NCBI RefSeq assembly: GCF_036321535.1
Contig: NC_087436.1
Coordinates: 63,304,001-63,368,000 of the forward strand
Direction of reading: 5' to 3'
DNA: 64,000 nucleotides
DNA from: Camelus dromedarius
Lineage: Eukaryota
Shown: positions 42,237 to 53,439 of the stretch, piece by piece
Layout: every line of letters begins with the position of its first letter
Numbering within the stretch: position 1 is the stretch's first letter
Program-made: the position numbers and the translations under genes
The notes under the pieces: generated by a model
What the model saw: the letters and a program-made list of their open reading frames with translations, nothing else
Database searches by the model: none
Told to the model about the DNA's origin: nothing

Positions 42237-42401
42237 TTCTCTAAATTATTTGAAGCCTAAATGCTTAATAGAAACTGGAGCTGAATTATCTTATAATTGG
42301 AGCTTATTGGAGCTACTGGAGCTTAATTATCTTATAATAGCTTAATTATCTTATAATACATCAGCTTGAATTTAGTCTTCAATGCCCTTTTGAAGTGTAA
42401 A
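42237..42401. repeat. Left arm of a local inverted duplication (partner 43260-43372), with internal stutter
   Basis: Matches the reverse complement of 43260-43372 in two blocks, each with only a few mismatches. Confidence 0.95.
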
Positions 42402-42799
42402 CACATAAACATTTAAGCTTTTTGATAATGCATTATTGAAATCCTGTTACTGCTGTATATTCACTTTTCTGTATATTTGGCTTCTTACATTCTAAACTTA
42501 TCCACTAAAATTGTGCGATTATGAAGTTGTCCTGCATTTCAATTTTTTAAAAATTTATTTGGCTTTTTGTCATTGGTTTATAAGTGTTTAGTATCTTCGT
42601 GGATTTAAAATTTTTTAAGTACATGCTCCTCTTTCTCCTACAGAATGCTTTTGGCCCGTAGCTGCAATTTGTCTGATATTTATATTGCTATGTATGATTT
42701 TTTTCCCTTCATTTTCATTTGCTTGGCAAATAAAAGCTTTAGCTTTAATTTTTAGGTTTGTTTCTCATGAATGACATCTACCTTATTGCCTTTTTCCAA

Positions 42800-43029
42800 G
42801 ACACAGAGGACCCTCCACGCCCTGCATCTAACGATGCAGACCACGTCAGATCAAATCTCCATCCCGTTGGTTGAATCCATGGATGCAGAACTCCAGAAGA
42901 CAAAGGGCCAGGGTACTATGCCGTTTTATGTAAGGAACTTGACTGAGCATCCGCAGACGTTGGCTGAGTCCCCCAGGGAGGGGTCGTGTTCTGGAACAAA
43001 TGGCCCATGGATAATAAGGGAAAATCGTA
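42800..43029. mobile_element. MER2/Tigger-family MITE fragment
   Basis: 'ttggttgaatccatggatgcagaac', 'taaggaacttga..gagcatccgcaga' and 'ctggaacaaat..cccatggata..aaggga'. Confidence 0.75.
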
Positions 43030-43259
43030 CCAATCTTATAGGTTGATTTTATTCTAGAGTTGGGACTCAATTTCTTTTTCTTCCACAGGGAACATTGCTC
43101 ACAACTTGTTCAACCTATCTCCCACCTTTTTGAGAACCAGCAGAAGAAGTTCTGTAGCCAAAGATGACATAGAGTTAAATATTCTCATCCCTCAAGTGGT
43201 TAAAACACATGCTGATAATTTAGTTAATCCTATAGATTTCCAGGGGAATTAGGTTCTTC

Positions 43260-43372
43260 TTTACATTTCAAATAGGGCATTGAAGACTAAATTGAAGCTG
43301 ATGTATTATAAGATAATCAGGTTCCAACAGCCAGTTTCTATTAAGCATTTAGGCTTCAAATAATCTAGAGAA
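43260..43372. repeat. Right arm of the local inverted duplication (partner 42237-42401)
   Basis: Direct reverse-complement comparison. Confidence 0.95.
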
Positions 43373-45054
43373 CAGTCTGGTGACTCCAGTTTTACTGAAA
43401 GTTTGTAACTTCTCTGAGAAGGGCCCATTCGCATTCCTCTCAGGTCCTGCATCACTGCAGTTCTTCAAAAATTTGCCCTGGGCAAAAGGGCACCGTAGCC
43501 TAGACACCCAGCCTGACAACATCTACATTTTGATAAAGGAGTCAACCAGTCCGCATTTAGTGGAAAAACTGACATTTGATTTTGTTCCTTTTGATAATAC
43601 CTCTTACCAGGCTACATTTCTGCTCATTCATCTCTTACTCTTCCTAGTTATTAAATTCAGCTCTGATCTTTCCCTTTCTTATCAATAGTAAATAGAGCCG
43701 TATTTCTTTAGTCTTTCAGATTACCCTCTCATCCAGATGATTTATTCACCAACTGCTTTTCCATCAGAATGAAACATTTTGAATACTTTTACTTTGCTGC
43801 TCTACTCCCCAACATGAAATCTTAATTTAAAATTATTTTACTTGCTTAATTTATCCTGATTATACCACCAAAATGTAAAATGTCTTTGTTCTGGGTTATT
43901 ATGTATTTTGTCTTGCATATTTCATCTTCTGTTTTAATAATCATTACTTAATTACTTATTTTTACCTATGTTTCAATATTACCATCTGAATTTAAGCATA
44001 GATAGTGTAAGACTTCTTACTAGTCACTGTTTGCAATGTATCTTTTATATCTTTATATGTATCTTTTATGTCTTTATATATCTGCACCAATGCAATTGAC
44101 ATATGATTACAGTACATAGTGGTGAATATTTTCTGAGTTCTTGCATGTCTAACTATGTAGCACTTTGATGTCGATAGTAAAGAGATACATTGGCTGGAGG
44201 AAGGATGTGGGGTTGCTGTCATATTCCCTGTCTGTAGATGTTCTCCCAATGTCTTTAGCTTCTAGTATATCAAATGATATATCTGTAAGTTTTATTTGGT
44301 CTGAAGTTTGGTTAAACATCCATTTATCCAGGAAATGTAGAAATATTACTGTTGTGCCTTAAAAGAAGTCTTTAAAATTAATTTTCTAGAAAAAATTTTA
44401 AGCCAAGATTTTCTTCAATTTAGGGAAATTCTCTAATGGTCAATTACCATCTCTGCAGTATTTTTCTGTTACATAGTTTTCTTTATTTGCATTTGAGATT
44501 TCCTTTACTTGCTCTCTGTGCCTGTTATTTTCCCACATGAATTCCATTTGCATACATATTATAGACAGAAAGAAAAGATACCATTTTTTAATATACATAT
44601 ATACATATGATTTTATTTTCCTCAGTAATTTTCTATTCCTAATAGTAAAAATCCTGTTTTTCAGTTGACCTACTACTTTTTAAAATTTGAAAACCTTGGG
44701 ATTTCATTTGTTTCAGAAAATCATTGTGCATATGTGTGAGCTTTCTCATGACTGTTACTGCTGTTAACTTTTTCACAGTGAAATCCTGTATTTTTCTGGT
44801 GAAACTGACTGGCTTCTACATGCTGAGACTTCAGCATCTTGAGGGCCTCATGATTTGCCTGTGTTCTGGAAGAAAAGCTCAGTCTTTCGTCTGCTATGGG
44901 CCCTATTCTCACACTCCTTACAAAGAACAAAGTACCACTTCTATTTTTCTTATAGACATACAGGCAGAAATGCTGAGGTCAGATGAATGTTCTGGGATCT
45001 GCCCAATTTCATTACCATCTAAAAGAATTTAGGAAGAAGAATGGATACAGATGG

Positions 45055-45275
45055 CAACAACTAAAAATGCGTTATGTGCCCCAGCATTGTTATGAGTTTT
45101 TAAAACACATTAATCACTTAATTCTTATAACAACCTTGTATAATAGGTCCATTTTATATGTGAGCAAATTGAGGCACTGAGGGATTGGCATTACACAACG
45201 TTGCCAATATCACTCTGCTGGTAGAATAAAGGAAACAAGATTAAACCAAGGAGGTCTAAATCATAATCAGAACTA
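45055..45275 (-). mobile_element. MIR SINE
   Basis: 'ttatgtgccccagcattg...ttaattcttataacaacctt...ccattttatatgtgagcaaattgaggcactgagg'. Confidence 0.85.
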
Positions 45276-45708
45276 TCATACTTTATTACTTACTTCATTA
45301 GTTTGCTATCACTTTTTTCTCCATCTGCATACAACATACACAAAACATAAGCTCGGATCATCTGTTTGTCTATTTTACACATACTTTATTTTCAGGAAGA
45401 AAAACTTTTGTTAGGATTTGGGAATATAAATGAGACCACACAAACAGTTAAGAGCTTATAGTCTAATAGGCTTGCTAAAAATAAAATCAATTTTTAAATA
45501 TTAATCCCAATGCTGATATACATAAGTATTGTGTATGAAGAGAGAAAGAGAGCAAGAGATTTATAAATTTTCATAAAACATTTTCAAACTGCTTATAAAC
45601 AGCTTATTTTACCAAGTTAACTATTTATCTACCTAAAAGATGACAACAGTTAAAAATAAATGGATCATAGCAGTAGTGACTCATGTAAAAATTAATTTTA
45701 CTTTAGTG

Positions 45709-45924
45709 CATGGTTTCTCAACCTAGGTACTTTTCATGTTTGGGGCTGAATAATGCTCTTGTGGGAGGAGCTGTACTGTGAACTGTGGAATATTTAGCAC
45801 TAACCCTATCCTCTACCCAGTACATGCTAACCACACCCACTCCACCGTTGTTACAACCAAAAATCTCTCCAGACATTGCCAAATATCCTTTGAGGGAGAA
45901 ATTGCTCTTAGTTAAGAATCATTG
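45709..45924 (+). mobile_element. MER20 hAT-Charlie MITE
   Basis: 'tttctcaacct...acaaccaaaaatctctccagacattgccaaat...gttaagaatcattg'; 8 bp TSD ctttagtg/ctctagtg. Confidence 0.92.
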
Positions 45925-47599
45925 CTCTAGTGTACTTCTTCAGGGATGCCATTCTTTACAATAAGAAGAAAGAATTTTTATATTTAAAGATTTTAATGGG
46001 GGAAAATGGCAATTTAAAAATTTAAAGAATCCAGTTGTTCACCTGCCAGTGCCAGTTCTTACCTCAGGGCAGGTTTAGTGATAATTCCTTAGTGGAAATA
46101 TCTTTTCTAAATGATTTTAATTCATGATCTCTATAGGATCACTCACAAGGGTCTGTCTCCAGCTCTATCAGTTGTGTCTTCTGTTTAGTTTCTTGAAATA
46201 ATACCTGTAATTCATTATGTAGGTAATTGCATTCAGCTTAGATCTGGTATTTCCTCCAGCTGGGATTCAGATTTCTAAGTTCCCATAACTGGGCTTCCAC
46301 ACAACATCTAGATAAGCAGTCTTATAGGACACTTGCCCTTCAGTATTTGATAAGTCACTGGGTCTGAGAGCAGAGCAACTACTGAAATGGAGGCGAGAGA
46401 AAACAGAGACTAAGGTATATGCTCCAGTTTTTATCTGTTGAAACTATGCCTTTAACATTGGTGCTTCACTCCGTTGAATATCAACTTGCAGCCTTTACTC
46501 AGCTCCCTAAGCCTGGCATCTAGCCATTTCAGTTTGTTCACTACTGGCAAAGACACTTTTATGTTGAAGAAAGGCATTAGTAGATCAGTCACATTTTTAG
46601 CACAAATTTGTGCTACCAGAGCTTTGCATGGATTAATTCATATAGTGCTTAGAATAGTACCTGACACTCAATAAGGAATGTAAGTGAAGTCATCCCACCA
46701 TTAAATTTTTGAACTTCTTAAGTCTATGTTAATTCCTAAGCATTTATAATAAGTTAGCCATTCATCAATGTTGCATTGTATAACCATAGATAGTCTTGTG
46801 ATTTATTGGAGTGGCCACACATATAGACAAATAACTTTCTAAATCAGAATGTGTGCTCTCTCCTGCTTGACTTACTATGACGGTTCTCTCTAGCAGTCAC
46901 TCTACCCTTGAAGGACAGTTTTGTTTACTATATTTTATATGTGATACCTAAGCTTGCCCCTGAGTGTTTACCTATGCTTCACTTACAGAAAAGTACTTGG
47001 ATGTTGTACCAGGAGTATGATATGACTCAAACCCAAATAACATATTTAAAACAAAAATAACACCTATAACATCCTAATATTCCACCAGTCCTCCTTTCTC
47101 AATGAGAAAAGTTATTGCTCCTCCCAAATGTCTCTACTTACTTTGCAACAGCCCAAGTATTGAAGTTTTCTTGGACAACAAAGTCCCTTCAAAATCTTTA
47201 CATCTAAGGCTAGACATAGCAGATTTCAAGCTGTGAGATCTAGTTGTCACATCCTTGAAATCAGTTCCAGGTCTAAAGCAAGAAAAAGCAAGCATGTATA
47301 AACTTCTATTTTCAGATGATGAAACACAATGTTTCTGAATGGAAAAAAAAAAAAAAAAAAAAAGCAAGTTTTTGGTCAGCTAAAACCACTTACTGCCCCA
47401 AATAATATATGTGCACTTATAATTAGCTGTGTCACATACATATGATTATTTTATAATATTGTAACTATAAAAGGATATTTAAAAAATTATTTGACAAGGA
47501 ATTTAGAATTACACAATTGGTAGGTGGAGTTGGTTTCATCCATGCCCGATTGAGGCATCAATTTTACTGATGTAGCTAAATAGTGTCTATTGCCCTTGG

Positions 47600-48320
47600 A
47601 TCTGCAGTTTCAGTTCTGGGTCCATTAATTATTGATTATATTATTTTGGCCAAATTGCTTCTTTTCTCTAAGCTTTAGTTCCCCCATTGTATTAGTCAGG
47701 GTTCTCCAGAGAAACAGAGGGCATAGGCTAAATATACATTTATATAGAAAGATGTCTACTGTGAGGGACTGGTTTGCACAATTATGGAGACCAAGGAGTC
47801 CCTTGATTTGCTGTCTGCACACTAGAGTCCCAAGAAAGCTACTGGTGTAGTTCGAGTTCTAACCTGAAATCCTGAGTACCAGGAGAACCAATAATAGTAA
47901 GTCCCAGTCTGAGTCCAAAGGTGCACAAATGTCTGAAGTTGGGAGAAGATGAATGTCCCAGCTCAAGCAAGAGAACAAATTCACCCTTCCTCTGCCGTTT
48001 TGTTCTGTTTATGTCCTCAATGGACTGGATGATGCCCACCTGCATTGGTGAGGGTCGTCTTTTTCCTTCAGTGCACCAATTCAAATGCTAATCTCTTCCA
48101 GAAACACCCTCACAGACACACCCAGAAATATTTTACCAGCTTTCTAGGTAAAAAATCCTTTAGCCTGGTCAAGTTGACACCAAAATTATCCATCACACCT
48201 AACCATAAAATAAGAATTATATTTGAAATCTTAAGTTTGTTGTGAACATTAAAGGAGATAATGCATGCCAACATAGGTCACAAGATAGGGCAAAACGTAA
48301 AGTGTTTAATATGTTAGCCG
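47600..48320 (+). mobile_element. MIR split in two by an MLT2 insertion
   Basis: 'ttggccaaattgctt...ctctaagctttagttcccc' before the LTR and 'ataaaataagaat...ttgttgtgaacattaaaggagataatgcatg' after it. Confidence 0.7.
47688..48197 (-). mobile_element. MLT2 (ERVL) solo LTR
   Basis: Runs from 'tgtattagtcagggttctccagagaaacaga' to 'gtcaagttgacaccaaaattatccatcaca'; both termini are intact. Confidence 0.95.
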
Positions 48321-50429
48321 CTGACAGCATTTCAGTGTATCTCATCACTTAAATACAAGATAGGTAGAGATTCCTCTTGAGGGCAAATGTACAAGATCTT
48401 GATAATGATCCTGCCACCTCACACTGTGCCCAGACACCGGTCCCAAGACAGATTATAAGAATAGATTCATGGACCACTTAAAAATTAATGTACTCTAGTT
48501 AGTAGCTATTTATGCGATGGGGTAGTCCAGGCACTATGATGTTCTTAATTTAGCACTGGATCTCAAGCTGTCAGACAGAGTGACTGTTTCTGGCACTGTG
48601 TAAAACTGACTCTAGAACCAAATCCAGCCCAATTACTTGCACTTGAAGGGCAATGGCTCTCTGTGTGTGAATTTAAAAAATTATTTCTCTAATGCTATAA
48701 ACTTTGAACTTGCCCTTTTCTAGGAAGTTTTACGATAGAATATCTCATATTAAATGTAGTCAGAGGGAAGAAACTGCCTCAAGTAATCAATAGTATATTG
48801 CAATAGTATAGGGAGAAATGTTCGTGCTCCTTTCAGTATCCTCACATTGCAGTCCTGGCCCATGGATGGCCATCTGACTACACATCAGATTTGGAGGAAA
48901 TTCCCCTTTTAATCCTCTTATTTATCCCTCCCCATGATGGGGGCTCCTAGTGTTATTGACGAAAGCCTGACTGAGGCAATGGGCACACTAATGGGCAAGA
49001 ATCCTATTAATACATGAAATATAAGTGAAGCTAATGCATAGTATCTCCTTTTACGGACTTTAACTTCTTTACTTCTATGTGGCAAAGCACATCTGGCGTG
49101 GCCTATTTTGCCAGATTTGGCTACTCTCCAAGTACTTTCTTTCTCTTTTGAAGCAAGGTAAGTAATGCAGCTGGCCAGTCTTGAAGTCTGCCCATTAGAG
49201 CTACTGTTTTCTCATAATATATAGGCACACCTGAGCAAATGAACACAGATTTTCTTTTTAGAGTAATAAGCAGGAGGCCCCACTTAATATCAAGTAAAAG
49301 CCATGTTTTCTAATCTAGCTTTGATTATATCTTTCTACTGGGAAACCAGAATCTTGGACATTTTTTACCACAATATTTTCCATTTAACTGTTTTCTTTGG
49401 TTGTATATCCTGTATTGGAAGCAGACCAAAGGAGAGGAGTGTTGAGTGACCTCAAACCTATTACAGCCTGGGTAATATTCTAAGATCGGCATTCATGGCA
49501 GCGATGGCGGAGTTTGCTCTGAGAAAGAGAAGGGGCAAGCAGGTGATCAGAGCCTCAGCTCTATGAATTGTCAAGGTTTTAGCAGGCTGTGTTAGCAATA
49601 CAGAAGTTCACAAACGAGCCACAAGATACAAATAATATTTGAATTAGAATTTCCTGAAGTGATAGGTGACAGAATTGGACCTCAAGCATATACCTAGATT
49701 CAGGTCATCCCAGTGGGTATAGTACATTATGGGCAAGTTACAGAAATCCTTGAGTTTATTAGAAAAAATAATCAGAAGGAACTTCTGTAAACTGCTAGAA
49801 TTTTTACCAGAAAAATAGGATGTAGTCATTTAAAGATTTTCTTCTTAAATGACCTTACTCTGTGTTTGTGATTTGGATATTTGTTCTCCCTAAGTGTAAG
49901 AAAAAAAAAATTAGAACACAACAGCAACAATAGAACATTTTCCTGAAGATTATTTTATTCACTATTTGACACACCCAACTTTGTGAGTGAGGAGAAGCAA
50001 TATTACCTGCTAATATAAAGGACATTCATTTACTAAGGGTCTCATCTAGAAGAACCATATCCCACAGTTTCCCTCTTCCTTATACTGCATTGACCCTGAA
50101 TGATTCCAAGTGGCTTTTTATTTCTTACATTTAAAACTCTGAAGGTCTGCATATATTTACAGCTGAACACAGGCCTTTAATTTTTAATCAGGTATCCCAG
50201 TCTCATTATTCCCTCATTATACTGTAATTGTACATTGGGGAAACTGTCAGAAATGTCACATTACATGATTTCTAAATATCTTCCAGTGGGTGGATTATTA
50301 CAGAATGACAGCAGAATGTGTGCACGTGAGAACTTTGCCCATAGATGAACCAGAAGTCTGTGGCAAAGATTTTTATTTGCAAAAGCTGATTGTCAGTTTA
50401 TTCAGATTTTATACAGGGAAAACGGACTA

Positions 50430-50660
50430 TATTGTAGTGCCTGAAAGGGTATATATTTGAGTAGGACAAATCTTCATTTAAATTCCATTCTGCTTTCTAC
50501 TGGCTGTTAGACACTGAGCAAGTTTCTTAATATCTCTGAACCATTTTCCTCTTTATATATAGTTTAAATAATAGTTCACCAGTTGAATTTAAGTATGAAA
50601 TAAGATGATTTATGTAAATGATTTGGCACAGTGCCTTGCAAAGTATTCAAAATTGTTTTA
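50430..50660 (+). mobile_element. MIR SINE
   Basis: 'gagcaagtttcttaatatctctgaacc...tttcctc' and 'atgtaaatgatttggcacagtgcct'. Confidence 0.8.
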
Positions 50661-50714
50661 TTATATTATTATACATATATTTATAATTGCTCTAATATAA
50701 TGAATAAGTTGTAT

Positions 50715-51300
50715 GATTCAATCAATGCATCTTTAATTATTGCTAAAATGTGTCAAGCACTCTAGTAAGTTTGGGAAATTTGAAAATAAGCAAATGCTTT
50801 GTTTATAAGCTTCTGGGGAGGTAAATACTAATCAATCAATCAATCACACAAATTAATATAAAATTACAGTTGTGATTAGTGACAAGGAGAAATGTATCAT
50901 ATTAAGGTTGAGTCTTTAAAGTTAAAATTAAATTAATTTTAAAACAATGGTTTTATAGGACTTCTTAAGCATTTTAATAATTTTTCTAAAGGCAAGAGAA
51001 GTCAATAATGTGTTTAAAATAAGATGCTAATATGATCAAAGATTTGTGTCAAAAAGTTGCCTCTGATCACAGTCTGAAGAAACAGCTATAAAGAATGTAA
51101 GAGTGGATAAGGAAAGGTGACAGATGGCGGCAGATTTTGGTTGCGGATATTGAGACACGTCAAAGATTTTGAAAAAATTTATGGTATAAATTGACTGAAC
51201 TTGGCAATAAATGAATAAGGATGATGGAAAGTAGATGTCAGCGGTGACACCTAGCTTACTGACATGCCTAATGAGATGGATGGTGCTGCCACTGCAATAG
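50715..51300 (-). mobile_element. L2 3' fragment
   Basis: 'attcaatcaatgcatct...tgtgtcaagcactct' followed by purine-rich L2 body motifs. Confidence 0.6.
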
Positions 51301-51539
51301 CACCCATAGTAATTAATAATGATAATGATTTATTTGGAAAATAGCCTGTTAACCTAAGGGCTGAGCAATCACTTTTACCATTCCTATTGCGATTAAACAT
51401 GTCCTCTATGAACCTAACTCATGGTTTAAAATGACTTAGAACAGAAAACAGTTGAATGTTGAGGATATGAGAAAAATGCCATTGTTTCCAATAATTTCTG
51501 ATCTTGAAAAATGCAAATACCAAAAACCTATAAGTAGTT

Positions 51540-52995
51540 CTGTTTCTGTTCAAGAGTAATGAGGATCAGATTTACTTCCTGCTTAAAACAAACAGACAAT
51601 ATCAAACAATGGTTTTAAAGTCACTGAGTTTTAGGTAAGTTTAGTGATCCCTGAGAGATGAGATGAGAAACAAATAAGATGCACTCAGTGAACATTCAAA
51701 GCCTTAGACTTGGATGGATTAGAGGTATGGTGCAGAGAGCATGAAACCAGACAGACTCCAGTGTACTCCCTGAGTGGTAGAAACAGAGCTGAGACTACAG
51801 AAAGATCAAGATAGCTATTTTTTTCACAAGAAAAAATATAAATAGGAGAGAACAGTACAGAGAGAAAATTTCAAAAATCTAGAAATTTTTCTCTTTGAGT
51901 ATTCAGCTGACTATTGATGAGCACATAAGGGTAAAGCATCCACCCAGAACTAAGAAAAGAAGTACTCAAACAGGTTTTAGACAAGAGTATCTGATATTCA
52001 TGCAAGACTGGGAATAGTGTCTGTTTCCATCAGTTAGACTGGAAAACCTCATGACACACAAGGCATGGGGGGTAGTACACTGAGGGTCTTGCCTCTACAG
52101 TGGGGCCTAAAAAAGCAGGACCTGAAAGGATCAAACTGTTTCTAAGTAAATTAATAGCATCCAAGAAAAAGCTCAAAAACTGTATAGGAATACAAAATAA
52201 TCCAGCACCAAACAATGTAAAAATCACAATGTCTAGTATACAATAAAAAATTATAAGGCATGCAAATAAATAGGGAAATACATCTGTAACAATGAAAAAT
52301 TTGTCAATCCATAGAAACGTACCCAGAACTAATAAAGATGTTAGAATTAGCAGAAATTGAAACAGTTATTATAATTCTATCAATATATTCACAAAGTTAA
52401 GCAGAGATACAGAAGATATAAATAGAATACAAATCTAAATTCTAGAGATGAAAATTACAACGTGCAAGAGGAAAAGTTCTCTATATTGAGTAGAGATTGA
52501 AGAAGAAATGAACAGTGAACTTATAGACATAGCAATAAAATATTAAAAATGAAACAGAAAACAAATTTAAAATAAATAGAAATTAATGGAAGTCAGTAAT
52601 CTGTGGAACAACTTCAAATGATCTAATATACTTATAATTTGTGTCTCCCAACAAGGGAAAGCATTTGTATGAAGAGGAAAAAATATATATTTGAAGAAAA
52701 ATTGATGAAAATTTTTAAATTTTAAGGAAATATGTAAACTCACATATCCAAGAAGTTTAAGAAAAATAAGAAAAATTGCACCAAGGCAGATCATAATTAA
52801 ATTGACCTAAACCAGTGCTAAAGAAAAAATATGCCTCAAAAGTAACCAGAAAAGAAAAAGGAAACAGGAGAAATATGAGGCTGACTGAAGATCTCTTGAC
52901 AAAACCAATGCAAGCTAGAAGACAACAGTGTAACATGTTAAAAGAACTGAAAGAAAAAAAGTCAACCTAAAGATCTACACTAATCAAAAATAACA
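51540..52995 (+). mobile_element. Old host L1 (L1M), part 1: 5' UTR and decayed ORF1
   Basis: 'agatgttagaattagcaga', 'aattctagagatgaaaa', 'ctgtggaacaacttcaa' and 'caatgcaagctagaagaca' are ORF1-region motifs. Confidence 0.75.
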
Positions 52996-53391
52996 TTCAG
53001 TTATACACATACACACATGAATTTTTTAAGATTCTTTCTCATTATATGTTATTACAAGGAATTGAATATAATTTCCTGTGCTATATAGTAGGTTTTTGTT
53101 GTTTATCTATTTTATACATAGTAATGTATATCTGTTAATACCAAACTCCTAATTTATCCTTCCCCAACTCTTCTCTTTGGTAACCATAGTTTGATTTCTA
53201 GGTTCATGAGTCTATTTTTGGTTTATAAATAAGATATGTATCTTTTTTTTAGATTCTACATGTAAGTGGTATCATATGATATTTGTCTTTCTCTTTTTGG
53301 CTTACTTCAATTAATATAATAATCTCTAGGTCCAACCATGTTGCTGCAAATGGCATTATTTTATTCTTTTTTTAAGACTGAGTAATATTCC

Positions 53392-53393
<2 letters not shown>

Positions 53394-53436
<43 letters not shown>
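53394..53436. repeat. (TG)21 microsatellite within the L1
   Basis: Perfect dinucleotide run. Confidence 0.98.

Positions 53437-53439
<3 letters not shown>

Larger units (their letters stand above)
38450..44700 (-). mobile_element. Very old, fragmented L1 (L1ME-like) with several later insertions
   Basis: T-rich strand bias with scattered L1 antisense motifs in consensus order: 'ccccactgaattgaaatg' (39161), 'tgctggattcaa' (40118), 'tttgtctgatatttatattgcta' (42668) and 'ttctgagttcttgcatgtct' (44131). Confidence 0.6.

Noticed and set aside
42275..42357. CRISPR-like repeat/spacer pattern
   Set aside because: The units are 7-14 bp and irregular, with no unique spacers and no cas genes, in a mammalian context.
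42237..43372. Inverted arms as terminal inverted repeats of a novel DNA transposon
   Set aside because: I see no TSD and no transposase remnant, and the interior continues the flanking old L1. It is kept instead as an inverted duplication.
48700..49130. Possible further retroviral internal fragment
   Set aside because: I could not recover any diagnostic peptide motif by manual translation.
49495..49566. Kozak-like ATGs opening MAAMAEFALRKRRGKQVIRASAL
   Set aside because: The frame stops after 23 codons, with no CpG island or promoter context.
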